Origin: Octopus vulgaris
Taxonomy: Eukaryota
Assembly (NCBI GenBank): GCA_951406725.2
Contig: OX597821.1
Span: 84,816,001 to 84,880,000 of the forward strand
DNA length: 64,000 nucleotides
Direction: 5' to 3'
Of the stretch, positions 1-12,150 are shown one piece after another. The notes under the pieces are model-generated. The model was not told where the DNA came from. It searched no databases and was given only the letters and a program-made list of their open reading frames with translations. Each line of letters begins with the position of its first letter. The first letter of the stretch is position 1. A program made the translations under genes and the position numbers.

Positions 1-124
1 ATAAACAATCATAGAAACGGCAGTCTGTGTGTTTACTGAAGTCCAAACATTCTCCTGTGATCTCTGAAACATGAAGAAAGCAGAAAAAGTCAATGGTGCT
101 CTGACATAGATTTTCATCGAACAA

Positions 125-850
125 AAGTACCTGAATGAACGGATTATATTGTTGTTATTAACCAGAAGAATTTTATTTATATAATCACATTCTTCATGTT
201 CTTTCTCTGTTCTTTATCCTAATCTAATTTTGTTAATTATCAGTGTTGTAGTCATAATTACATCTAAAAAAAGAACACGTTTTTGTATGTCGATCCGACA
301 CAACTTCATATGCAGTAACCTCTCGCCATATCGTTGTTCACGGATTGCGGTTCACCTATCGCGGTTAACCAATCGCGGTTCACCTATCGCGGTTCACCTA
401 TCGCGGTTCACCTATCATGGTTCACCTATCGCGGTTTATTATTTAAGCTTACGTCGATTCCTCCGTGGTGTTGTTTTGCATTTATGATAAAATAAATAAA
501 TACAAATTATAAAAATAATTTTAAGAAATATACAATACAGCACTTCGTGGATTTCTACCTATCGCAGGGGTTTTGGAACGTAACACCCGCGATAGTCGAG
601 GGATTACTTGTTTTCCCTTCTCCATACGATTTTTCCTTATTAGCAGTTATTTTTCTCGTGTTTGATATTGAAATTGTTTTATTATTAATATTCAGTTTTC
701 TCCGTTTACTATTTATTTATCTTCCTCTCTTGTCTTTCTTGTTATCATAATGTTTTTGTTTACTTCATGAATGAAATTAAGGATCCATAACCTGAAAATA
801 AGATTAATAAGCTGTTAACTTTCAACAGCAATTAGTAATTCTTCTGTTTT
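125..850 (+). pseudogene. ND3: Decayed NUMT: tRNA-Ile remnant, ND3 pseudogene, tRNA-Ser(AGN) remnant
   Basis: In invertebrate mitochondrial code 615-690 reads PFSMRFFL/LAVIFLVFDIEIVLLL and 760-801 reads LLHEWN*GSMTWK*, which are ND3 hallmark motifs. 'gat ccg' (DP of FDP) at ~292. tRNA-like remnants 'aacggattatattgttg' upstream and 'aagctgttaacttt' downstream. Frameshifts and a stop are present. Confidence 0.85.
313..610. mobile_element. Pogo/Tigger-like MITE inserted in the ND3 NUMT
   Basis: Left end cagtaacctctcgccatatcg is an imperfect inverted match to right end cgcgatagtcgagggattacttg. Internal 14-bp tandem repeat gcggttcacctatc at ~347-435. Confidence 0.7.
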
Positions 851-890
851 ATATGAATAATATTTCTCACGGATACTTTTATATTTTTTA

Positions 891-1273
891 CTAGCAGTAT
901 CGCCCGGCGTTGCTCAGATTTGTAAGGGAAATAACTATAAAGCATTTTTAGAGAGTTATAGCCAAAAAATAGCAAAAAAATGGAAAAAAATGATGGTAAA
1001 TTTTTTTGAGAGTTAAAAAAGGTCGAGTTGCGTCCCCTAGACAGTCTGTGGTCTGTGTTTCTGATTCTCGACCCCATGTCGAATTTATCGATTTTTTTCA
1101 GAACTGGGGTAACTTTTCAAAATTTTCGCTGCGTTAGTTTTGAATTATGACATTGGGCTATGTGTGTGTCAAGTTTCATCAGAATCGGTTGAAAGCAGTG
1201 GTCAGGGTGAGGGTACAACCAAACAGACACACAGAAACACACAGAGACAAACTGCCGTTTATATAGAGAGAGA
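891..1273 (-). mobile_element. Non-autonomous Helitron
   Basis: Minus strand starts TC and ends gagcaacgccgggcgatactgCTAG followed by T. The 3' ~130 bp is shared with other copies in the window. Confidence 0.8.
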
Positions 1274-1469
1274 TTAAAGTGATCTCGCATACATATTATC
1301 AAAGGCAATCTAGCCATGACTATCCTGCTTGTTAAAAAGTGCTCCTTTTTCTTGTTTTCACACATTGTCTATAAGAAAAAAATGTCTTCTCTGCAAAAGG
1401 CTTTTCAGCATTTCAGTGTCTGTCTCCGAATATATCCTTTCTATTATATTATGCACAAGTCTTGATATT

Positions 1470-1620
1470 GCATCAACACCAGGGTTCTACTGGAACTTAA
1501 TTTATTCACCGACGAAAGGCAGAATCGACCTCGGTGGAATCTGAACTCAGAACGTAAAGACAGACGAGGTGCCGTCAAGCATTTTGCACGGTGTGCTAAA
1601 GATTCTGCCAACTCATCACC
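1470..1620 (-). mobile_element. SINE family B, decayed partial copy
   Basis: Matches the reverse complement of the 9208-9440 head (ctgagttcagattccaccgaggtcga). Confidence 0.65.
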
Positions 1621-1814
1621 AGGATTCTCCCCGAAGATATGAAATATAATTGTACACAGATTCATTAAAATATATCTTGTTTCGTCCAAAGACACATCAG
1701 AAACTAAATCAATAGCAAGGAACAGCAAACATACATACCTACATACAGACAAAACAATTCTAAATAGATATACTTGCCTGTAAATATGTGAGACCTTCGT
1801 AAGTCAATATTGAT

Positions 1815-1891
<77 letters not shown>

Positions 1892-1973
1892 AATAATAAA
1901 TATTAGGGAATAAATCCAAATTTACAGGGAAAAATCAGATTTAGGATTGAATCCAATTTTATAGTAAAATATA

Positions 1974-2224
1974 ATATAATATTAATTAGAGACAAAACCA
2001 CTATTATGCAAATCAAACAAAGAAAGACTTAATCCAATACATAAAAAATTTTATATAAATTAAATATAATTAAGATATCCACTACGATCGTTTCTTGTCA
2101 CTTCTATGGACATTCATCAGGTGGTTTCAAGACCTTCTATTCAATTTTAAGCTATGAAGTAATTTTTATGTATTGGATTAAGTCTTTCTTTGTTTGATTT
2201 GCATAATAGTGGTTTTGTCTCTAA

Positions 2225-2236
<12 letters not shown>
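1974..2236. repeat. Inverted repeat (~75-bp arms) between (TA)n tracts, PLE-terminus-like
   Basis: 1974-2048 is the reverse complement of 2162-2236. A hammerhead motif lies in the spacer. Confidence 0.85.
2079..2124 (-). ncRNA. Type I hammerhead ribozyme motif (minimal stem III)
   Basis: Minus strand: ccac-CUGAUGA-a-uguc-cauagaagu-gaca-a-GAAA-cgauc-GUA-gugg. Stem I ccac/gugg, stem II uguc/gaca, palindromic stem III cgaucg. Confidence 0.8.
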
Positions 2237-2306
<70 letters not shown>

Positions 2307-2872
2307 ATATCAATTATAATAAAAGCGTAAAATCAATAATAATTTTACCAGGTAGTCAATGTGAAAATACCTGGTGAAATTATCATTGATTTTACCCTTT
2401 TATTTTAATTAATATATGAATAAATTTACTCCATAATCAAAAATGTATTTACTGCGGTCTAGATCTTATCACACTACACGTGGGTAGAAAGGAAATATTT
2501 GAATTATACTTGGTAGTATATTTTTGTGAGCGTAGATGGATACTGGTCATGCGATGTCGCCGATCGCATGCATATTTTGAGATACTCGTATATTTATTCG
2601 ACGGAGTACTGTGCTGATGATAGCAGTAGGTAAAATATTTTTACTTTAAGCTTGAAATTCGATCGTAAACACAGCTAACCAACCTTGTAGAGTCATTATT
2701 TTTCTTTTGCTTGCCTACAATGTAGTGTATTATGCTCGGAGATTTTAAGGTGGCAATAGGAGCTTTAGAGTCTATTTCTTGCAGTGCGTGGCGAGGTGTA
2801 AAGCCGATCTCTTGTTATAATTATGCATATAATTATACAATAAGCGTGTGTGTGAGTGTGTGTATGTGTGTT

Positions 2873-2923
<51 letters not shown>

Positions 2924-3004
2924 CGGATTTGGTAAAATATTATGAGGAAGAAGTGCAGTTATATAAGTCTCCTCTCTCTACGCCGGATATAGCTTTTATT
3001 TATT

Positions 3005-3332
3005 TATTTCATTTCATCTAGTTTCAGCTCACGAGCTGTGGCCATGCTGGGGCACCGCCATTTGGTGTTGCTACATGGTTTTACTTCACGAATGCTTTTT
3101 TAGCAACTGCCATTTGGTGCATGAGAGAGTTCGATGCAGCTGCCCTCATCTGCACCTCCTGCCGTGAAGTTGGTTCATCCGGGACACCTGACAGGAAGAG
3201 ATCCAGTCCTACTTTAAAGACATCCGCATCCACCCCATGCAGGTCCCTCAGGTTCTCCGGGAGGATATTGAAGAGCTGTGGGCCTCTGAAGCCCAGGCTA
3301 TCAAAGTATCTTGTCCTACATCTTGATGGCAA
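3005..3332 (-). mobile_element. CR1-clade LINE, 3' end (ORF2 C-terminus plus 3' UTR)
   Basis: ORF 3081-3332 SLGFRGPQLFNILP...FKVGLDLFLSGVPDEP...NSL is a typical CR1-group ORF2 tail. It is followed by a stem-loop and a (tgaaa)n tail. Confidence 0.8.
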
Positions 3333-3505
3333 ATATAGTTTTTATTCTTTTTTAAAGAAATGCCACCAACGGGAACCAATAGAGCTATGCACCAGAGTAA
3401 TCGATAGCGTTACTATCAGAACACACAGAACTGCAACACATACTGCAGCCCTATCTGGTGCGAACTTCTAACAGCTTCAAGAATCCACTGCCGATGATTG
3501 TAATA

Positions 3506-3639
3506 TTAGGTTGTCCTAAAAGTTCGTAAACACTTGCGAAAATTGAATTTTTACTCGCCAAGTAAAACAACAAAAATTATTCCTCAAAATAAAGACCATT
3601 ATTTTCTAAGACTTTCTACGAACTTTTGGGACAACCTTA
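3506..3639. mobile_element. Mariner-type MITE
   Basis: TIRs ttaggttgtcctaaaagttcgta / tacgaacttttgggacaacctta, flanked by TA. Confidence 0.75.
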
Positions 3640-3717
3640 TATTATTATCGACCCCCACCCGTCCAGAAGATGAAAGGCAAAGTTGAGTATGGTGCTCAAA
3701 GTTGAGTGGAGCTTCAG

Positions 3718-3782
3718 ATGTTTTCGCTCAATAAACACACACAACGCCCGGTGTGGGAATCGAAACCACGATCCTCCGACCT
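3718..3782 (-). mobile_element. SINE family C fragment
   Basis: Matches 47308-47370 and 55191-55255 (tgttttcgctcaataaacac...gggaatcgaaacc). Confidence 0.7.
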
Positions 3783-5192
3783 TTTACTTATTTTATCGAT
3801 CCAGCTTCGGCGGAAATTGACAAATGGGTTGCCACATGATTTGAATGAAAATCAGAAAATGCGCAGATAAGAAATTTGAATAGTTAATAGATAATAGATA
3901 TGTGAATAGTTAATCTCTTTCAAGATACTATGCAGCCCCACATAATTCCCTTGGTCCCATTATTTCTGTAATGAAGTCAATGTTATTGCGTATACAGCGA
4001 GAGTATATTTTTGGCGGTGTAGAACCCAACACGGAAAAGAAAGAAGTGACCTGAGGTTCGTAGATCAAATGCGACAGACTTGAACAGATGCAAAATAAAG
4101 GAAAATCCTGCCATAATAAATGGAAAGGTGAGACATTACGGCCAGAATATTTGAACAGGTTGAAATGAAAGAGCTAAGGAAACATGCAGTGGGTTTAGAA
4201 TGCTAATGCACAAGAGCACCCGAGGACCGATGAGCGAAGGATTTCACGGGGAGAATGATGTGAAAAATGAAGACATTTATGTTATTATCTGCCTCAGATG
4301 TGCTTCCATCATCAACCTTGGGACCGGAGCAACATTGCTGTCGTCTTTTTAGAGGATGCACATGAACATTATTGGAGACTTTTTTTTAGGTAAAAAGCAG
4401 TCATCTCTGAAAGAATATGAATGAGTTTTAAATTCGCTTTAAATTCGGCGGTGATGCACTTAAACAGCAATGAAACGTCATCATTAAGATCGTAACCGAC
4501 ATGAATATATATCCGGTTCTTTATGACTAGGAATGCGGAAAGTGAAAAGACAAAAGGGCCTGCAGAGGCAAAAAGATCCAACCTTCTAAATGGTACTAAT
4601 TACCAGTATGTGTAGTCGGATTTAGAGCAAGTGTACGTGTTGCTAAAACATTTTGCAATAACCACAGAACAATCCTCACCATGAGTTTTCTGGTACGATT
4701 TTACTTGACAAAATATTCCTGTTTGAGAAGTTTACTGAACTTGGAAAAAGCTGTGTGGAATGGGGAAATGAAAGGAAATGCTCGATATATGAAAGACGTG
4801 AAGGGACGTGTAAGGTAAAATTTATGATGGAGATGTACTTCGGCTTCAAGTAAAGTTTCAATGTCGTTGGTTTGTAGGTGTATCCAGAAAGTCCTTCATT
4901 AATAACACTGATGAGAGAATGGAAGAGAAAAACATAAAAGGCTTCATCTTGAATGCATCAGAGGTATGGCAAGACAAAGTTAAATCTTATATAAAATCAT
5001 TCGCCACATTTGAAACAAAATTATTGGATGCATCACTTTCTTGGGTGTTAACGACTACAAGAATATGAAGGAATGCGAAAGGCCATATCAATGAGAAAAT
5101 CGATATCGGTTCTGAGTTGGATACTGTGGAGGAGTGTTGATATCTGATGAAGAGCTGATGCCCCATAAATAAGATATACGCAAACTCTAATA

Positions 5193-5484
<292 letters not shown>

Positions 5485-5492
<8 letters not shown>

Positions 5493-5850
5493 TTTGACTG
5501 TGGCTATGCTGGAGCACCATCTTTTAGTCGAAGAATTCGACTCAGGACTTATTCTTCGTAAGCCTGGCTGGTAATTATTCTAGCGGTCACTTTTTGCCGA
5601 ACCGCTATTGTACGGGGACGTAAACACACCAACGTCGGTTGTCAAGCGATGGTGGCGGGGATCACAAACACAGGCACAAACACACAAATATATACATATA
5701 TATATACACAACGGGCTTCTTTCAGTTCTGTCTACGAAATTCACTCACAATGCTTTGGTCGGCCCGAGACTGTATTGAAACACTCACCCAAGGTGCCACA
5801 CAGTGGAACTGAACTGAGAATTGTGTGGTTGGGAAGCAAACTTCTTAATG
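5485..5850 (-). mobile_element. SINE family A (tRNA head, CORE-like domain), diverged copy
   Basis: Reverse-complement match to the 5963-6370 copy. Confidence 0.8.
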
Positions 5851-5962
5851 TGTGTGTGTATGTTCGTGTGTATGTCTGTGTTTTTGTCTATATCTGTGTG
5901 CATGTATGTGCCTATGTATCTATGTATGTATGTATTTATTCGTATGTATATATATATATATA

Positions 5963-6133
5963 AGCGCAGGAGTGGCTGTGTGGTAAGTAGCTTGCTAACC
6001 AACCACATGGTTCCGGGTTCAGTCCCACTGCGTGGCACCTTGGGCAAGTGTCTTCTGCTATAGCCCCGGGCCGACCAATGCCTTGTGAGTGGATTTGGTA
6101 GACGGAAACTGAAAGAAGCCTGTCGTATATATG

Positions 6134-6164
<31 letters not shown>

Positions 6165-6370
6165 ATATGTTTGTGTGTCTGTGTTTGTCCCCCTAGCATT
6201 GCTTGACAACCGATGCTGGTGTGTTTATGTCCCCGTCACTTAGCTGTTCGGCAAAAAGAGACCGATAGAATAAGTACTGGGCTTACAAAGAATAAGTCCC
6301 GGGGTCGATCTGCTCGACTAAAGGCGGTGCTCCAGCATGGCCGCAGTCAAATGACTGAAACAAGTAAAAA
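5963..6370 (+). mobile_element. SINE family A, full length
   Basis: A box tggctgtgtgg, B box ggttcagtccc, CORE-like accttgggcaagtg, internal TA/TG microsatellite, 3' stem-loop cagtcaaatgactg and A-rich tail. More than 20 copies in the window. Confidence 0.9.
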
Positions 6371-6758
6371 AAAAAAAAAAAAAATATATACATACGTGAA
6401 ATTAATGAGCAAGTGGCTGAGCACTCCACAGACACTATGTGTGTGTATGTGTGTGTGTGTGTGTGTGTGTGTATTTATATATGTAAATTGATAAATACAT
6501 ACACAATCACACTAACCGACTGACCAATACACTAACCTCTTTGGCCGTCTTCTATCATTCCAGGACCCTTGAAGCGACGCCCTTCAGTTATTAATACCAA
6601 TGAAAATAAAAGAACCATGAAAATCTTCAACATGTTTTCTGTTTCTTCCTCTTCAGTTAGATGCCAATGACTTGTGCTGCTATCATTCGGTTATGCTCTC
6701 TTCAAATTCCTCTCTCTAAGTTAGCTTCTTTTGTTTTTCGTTCTCTTTTTATCTACTG

Positions 6759-6844
<86 letters not shown>

Positions 6845-7060
6845 GCATACATACATGCGTACATACATGCATACATACACATATATACACATGTATACAT
6901 ACATACATAGAGAGAGAAAAAGACAGAGAGGCATGTGTGCAAGAATATATCTTTACATGTGTGTATATATACAAATATTTATCTTACACAGACACAGATA
7001 CACATACAGGCATACATAAATGCATACATATATACACATACACACATAAACACACACACA

Positions 7061-7092
<32 letters not shown>

Positions 7093-7575
7093 CTCACATA
7101 CGCAATATTTTCTAATTTGGCAGACTGTAATTTATTTATTTGAAAAATATATGGACAAAAACAAAGTCATAAGTTATGCTATTTGCTGAGTTCTAAAGAA
7201 AAGAGAAGACACATCCATCATGCGATGTTCTGCTCTTTTCAATATCAATCAGGATTCACGCAGTGTTCTTTATAAAAACTCTTTATTCGTTAATGTCTTT
7301 AAGCAGATACAATGTAAATTCATCGCATTGTTTCCCGGTCATTTTGGAGTCAATACATAAATAGTTATCATGTAAAACAATGAATGCCATATTTACTCAT
7401 GCACAACGAACTAAATTTGATGCAAAATATTTTAAACAATTATTCGGTTTCATTCCTTTGATGTAAAACAATACCTATCTTCTTCATCTTCTTTTACTTG
7501 TTCCAGTAATTGGACTGTCGCTGGGCTGAGGTAACACCTTGAAAGTTTTTATTCATAAATTAAAAATAAGATATA

Positions 7576-8625
7576 CAGTGGGGGGAGATAAATATTTGTA
7601 CATGTCAAAATACTTTATTTATTTAATTTCTAATGAACATAAATAGGATATACCAATACTATATTTGCATACAGATGCATAAACTAAGAATATGCGAAAA
7701 AAACTAATAAATTATTGTAACTAAGGAATTTATGTACAATCATAAATATTTAGGGATTAAAAAAGGATTCGTACAGAATAAATTTATGATTTTCTATGCC
7801 ACACAATACTATTGAAATAATTTGTTTTTACTAGAACTTTCTCGCTTGTTCCAATAATCTTATCAGTTGTCATTTTTAAGTGTCAAAACGATAGTTTCTT
7901 CATTCAGCACTGAGACAACATAAAGTAGTATCGTAATAATGGCGAAAAGTAAAGAACTCACAAATACAGTGAAAAACTTAATTATTGAACAATGGAAAGC
8001 AGGTAAAAGTTACAGGAAAATATCAGAGACCCTTTGTATTCCATTTTCTACCATATCTTCATTTATTCAAAGATATAAAAAATCGAGAACTGTTGAAAAC
8101 AGAATAAGATCCAGTGCACCATGCAAGATTTCCCCTAGATCTTTAAGAAAAATGAAGTGAAGAATCGAAAAAAAAACAAACACAATGATCACCAGAAAGG
8201 AGTTGCAAGAAGATTTGTTAGCTTCAGAGACTAGTGTTACACTATGAACAATCAGCAGTGAACTTCATAGGAATGAACTGTAATCACGCTCTCCTAGAAA
8301 AACTCCACTGTTGACTAAAAGGCATAGAGATGCCCGTTTAAAATTTGTTTATGAACATAAAGATAAATCTGATACATTCTGGAAAAACGTTCTATGGACA
8401 GACGAGTCGAAAATTGAATTGTTTGGAAGAATACTTTTTTCACCCCTAAATATTTATGATTGTATATAAATTCCTTAGTTACTATAATTTATTAGTTTCT
8501 TTTGCATATTCTTAGTTTATGCATGTGTATGCAAATATAGTATTGGTGTATCCCATTTATGTTCATTAGAAATCAGATAAAGAATTTTGACATGTACGAA
8601 TACTTATCCCCCCCCCCCGCCACTG
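7576..8625 (+). mobile_element. Internally deleted Tc1 transposon with long (~190 bp) TIRs
   Basis: cagtgggggg...ccactg ends flanked by TA. 7576-~7765 mirrors ~8437-8625. Contains a transposase relic. Confidence 0.9.
7939..8430 (+). pseudogene. Tc1 transposase, N-terminal half (HTH to first catalytic D)
   Basis: MAKSKEL...GKSYRKIS...STISSFIQRYK, then after a stop/frameshift RKTPLLTKRHRDARLKF...FWKNVLWTDESKIELFG. Confidence 0.85.
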
Positions 8626-9207
8626 TACCTCTTACCTTTTATTTATTTCATTCATTAGACCACAGCTATCCTGGAGTACATCATTGAAGTGTTTAGTCGA
8701 ATAATCTGACCCCAGAACATGTTTTCTTTTTTATGTTTGGTACTCATTTTATTTATTTTACCGTCGTGACATACATACATACATACATACATACATACAT
8801 ACATACACATATATATATATACATATATATACACTTGTGTGAATGAATAGATATAAGTGTGTATATATGTGTATATATGTACGTATTGCATGGTGTGATT
8901 CTGTGTGTTGGGTGCGGGTCGCTCATATGTGAATCTCTTACATCATGAGCATTACACAATAATGCACAGATGGTGTTGACGCTGTCTTCGCTGATTTCCG
9001 CCTCCTGCAACTTTCTTACCGCTGCTAGAAGTATATGGCCAACTAGTCAAAAACATCTGCTCATTCACACCATCTCTCTCAACAAGAATCCTTCCAAGAA
9101 CTCTTGTGGTCACATGCTGTAAAGAAAGCCATGCTGGTAATTAGCAGGGAACCCCCTAGCATCTATGGACCCTAGATATACTATTTACGGGACCCAAAGG
9201 TCCCGAA

Positions 9208-9440
9208 AAGGCGGCGAGCTGGCAGAAACGTTAGCACGCTGTGCGAAATGCGTAGCTGTATTTCGTCTGTCGTCACGTTCCGAGTTCAAATTCCGCCGAG
9301 GTCGACTTTGCCTTTCATCCTTTCGGAGTCGATAAATTAAGTACCAGTTACACACTGGGGTCGATATAATCGACTTAATCCGTTTGTCTGTCCTTGTTTG
9401 TCCCTTCTGTGTTTAGCCCCTTGTGGGTAGTAAAGAAATA
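9208..9440 (+). mobile_element. SINE family B, full length with 17-bp TSD
   Basis: Head ggcggcgagctggcagaaacg...gagttcaaattcc, central ttcatcctttcggagtcgataaattaagtaccag. TSD tatttacgggacccaaa at 9182-9198 and 9441-9457. Confidence 0.9.
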
Positions 9441-9829
9441 TATTTACGGGACCCAAACGCGTGCTTGTGTTGTGGCACTTGTCTGCAGATGCTGGCCAGT
9501 TACTTTGTAGAGTTAAATGCTTGAAGAATCCACCAAGAGAGATAAACAAGTTAGGGCGGTTGACTGTGAGATAATTTCTGGTTGGTTGGATTTTAGGTGG
9601 TACCCTGTTTCTGAGAAGATTTAGCACTAATAGTACTGTTGCTGCTGTTGCTGTTGCTGTTGCTTCTGCTGCGAGAACAATAGCAACATGAAGGAAGATA
9701 CATGGACAGATAGATTCATTGATAGACAGACAAACAGACAGACAGACAGGCAGACAGGCAGACAGGCGGACAGGCAGACAGACAAGCAGGCAGGTGTCTA
9801 CGTCAAGCATGGTATCGATAAAACAAAAG

Positions 9830-10985
9830 ACGTCCTAAGAAGAATGAAATGGAAGGCCTATTTTTTTTTTAGATAAAGACCAGTCTTCGTTCGGAGGATA
9901 GTTACGGTTTTAAACCTTACAAAAACCTACCACCTCATAAAATTAGTTTAATGTGTCAAATTCAACCATAGATCTGACAGCTTCCAACACAAATTACAAA
10001 CATAACTTGAATCTTTTTAGAAAATCTCCAAACAGATTTATAAAAGCAGATAAAACAAAAAGTCGTTGATGAGGCAGATAACCACACACATAACAAACTG
10101 CTAGTCAATAACATAACCAAAGCATATAAGAACATGAACCCTACTACTTATAATTCAATCAATGCTGAGGCAAAAAAACTAGTCATGAAAAGTAAAATCG
10201 AAGATAGGGTAGAAGGTATCACCCCACGTAAACATTTTATAACCTTGAAAGATCACAAAGGCAAAACCTTTAAGTAAGACCTTAGCTGTAGATAGACAAA
10301 TCCCACGAAAAGCAAATTATTCTTTATTATCATATCTATATTAGAGATCATACGACACATCAGAGATCCTCAGACCTTACTCAATGGATATGTTCAATAA
10401 AATTTAAGTTAAGACGAAATGGCTCAAGAAAATTGAATGTTTCAATAAAACTGAAGTCCAAATACAAATTTATTGAGTTCGTCATCGTGGAGTTGACTCC
10501 TCGATCTCCAAAACCTGCTTCAAAAGCACATATAACCGTCACTAATCCTGATATAGCCATAATAATGAATGCAAGGAAGTGATTATTTTTCAAATAATTT
10601 CTGTTGTGGAAAAAGAATGGGGACCAGTTATTTGAGGTCCCTAAGAAGAGCTATGATGGTGCAGAGGTACCAAATCAGGTTAGTCTTCACATTCTAGATG
10701 TTCTTTAATTAAAGAGATTTAAAAAACTGACATGGGGGTATATAGGGACGACGGTCTTGGAGTAGCATATAATAAAAATGAACACTATATGGATAAAATA
10801 AGAAAAAAGTCATGCAAAATATTTAGCCAACTAAACCTAAACATCTCAAATAATACTAACCTTAAATAAGTTAATTTTCTCCCTTTCATATGAAAAAATT
10901 TAGACCCTAGCATAAACCAAATGAGGATACTAACGACACACCGTCAGTCATCAAGCAATTATTTAATATCATCAGTAAGTTATTT
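9830..10985 (+). mobile_element. Decayed Penelope-like element RT region (Hydra-clade-like)
   Basis: Fragments LRRMKWKAYFF, KADKT, FITLKDHK, SYDGAEV, GVYRDDGLG and HKPN occur in order across frameshifts. Confidence 0.8.
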
Positions 10986-11013
10986 ATCGAAATTAAAATT
11001 CCTGTTGCAAAAG

Positions 11014-11117
11014 TTTACGTCCCCGTAGCTTAGTGGTTCGGCAAAAGAGACCGATAGAATAAGTACTGGGCTTCCAAAGAATAAGTCCTGGTATTGATTT
11101 GCTCGACTAAAGGCGCT
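11014..11117 (+). mobile_element. SINE family A, 3' fragment
   Basis: gtccccgtagcttagtggttcggcaaaagagaccgatagaataagtac. Confidence 0.8.
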
Positions 11118-11237
11118 TGAGGTTAGCTTATCATTTTTCAGCAGTCATTTGTTTATATTTAAAAATTGACGTTTCAGATCGGAGAATAAATATCATTAAG
11201 ATAATATATTATACAGTTATTATACATTTATATATAT

Positions 11238-11565
11238 AACGAGCAAAACGACCCCCGTCCAATGGACGGTGCTGAGTTGTCAAACATTTAAACCAAATTT
11301 TCTCAAAACAACTTGTCCGACCGTCCCATAGACCTCCCCTTTGGGAAACAGTGATTTAACCTAAATTTGAGACACCAGCAAAAGACGGATTTCGACTGAT
11401 GTACTTGCGCGTAGAAATGCACGTTCCCACAGCTTTATCGATCACATTCTCACCTGGAATCGATTTTTGTAATTCTTTTAAGACTTATACGCGCCCTGAT
11501 ACCACCGGTATGTACATATCAAATCTGAGCGCAATCGGATGGAGGATGCCTGAAATGCTCAGAAG

Positions 11566-11597
<32 letters not shown>

Positions 11598-11620
11598 TGC
11601 GCTTCCTTGCGTGTGTGCGC
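11238..11620 (-). mobile_element. Possible Helitron/Helentron-like non-autonomous element
   Basis: Minus-strand 3' hairpin ccgtccattggacgg followed by gctcgt; internal (TG)n and ccgattgcgctcagatttg. Ends uncertain. Confidence 0.35.
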
Positions 11621-11741
11621 TTGTGTGATCTCTGTATAAGCAATGGCGTGGCTAATAAGGGAGCAAGGGGACCGACCGCTTCTCGTCTCTGAGCACATTT
11701 TGAGCTCAAAATTGTACTTTTCAACATTAAAAAAAAACTTT

Positions 11742-12150
11742 AGGCGCAGGAGTGGCTGTGTGGTAAGTAGCTTGCTTACCAGTCACATGGTTCCGGGTTC
11801 AGTCCCACTGCGTGGCACTCTTGGCAAGTGTCTTCTACTATAGCTTCAGGCCGACCAAAGCTTTGTGAGTGAATTTGGTAGACGGAAACTGAAAGAAGCC
11901 TGTCGTATATATGTATATGTATATGTATATATGTGTGTGTGTGTTTGTGTGCCTGTGTTTATCACTCCAACATCGGTTGACAACCGATGTTGGTGTGTTT
12001 AGGACCCCGTAGCTTAGCGGTTCGGCAACAGTAACCGATAGAATAAGTACTAGGCTTACAAAGAATAAGTCCTGGGGTCAATTTGCTCGACTAAATGCGG
12101 TGCTCCAGCATGGCCGCAGTCAAATGACTAAAACAAGTAACAGAGTAAAG
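11742..12150 (+). mobile_element. SINE family A, full length
   Basis: Same head, core and tail as 5963-6370. Confidence 0.9.

Noticed and set aside
347-435. 14-bp tandem repeat as a possible CRISPR-like or iteron array
   Set aside because: No spacers; it is internal to a MITE in eukaryotic DNA.
3900-5150. Unique-looking, purine-skewed segment as a possible exon or LINE relic
   Set aside because: No diagnostic motif could be read with confidence in any frame.
5144-5165. ctgatgaagagc as a hammerhead start
   Set aside because: No closing stem II or GAAA box downstream.
5784-6491. Recurrent ORFs such as RRSGCVVSSLLTNHMVPGSVPLRGTLGKCLLL
   Set aside because: They are translations of SINE family A, recurring with frame-disrupting differences among copies.
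9021-9117. Minus-strand segment bounded by tttacag and gtaaga as a possible 97-nt exon
   Set aside because: No recognisable protein; the surrounding peptide fragments look more like a decayed mariner N-terminus. Cannot be supported without RNA data.
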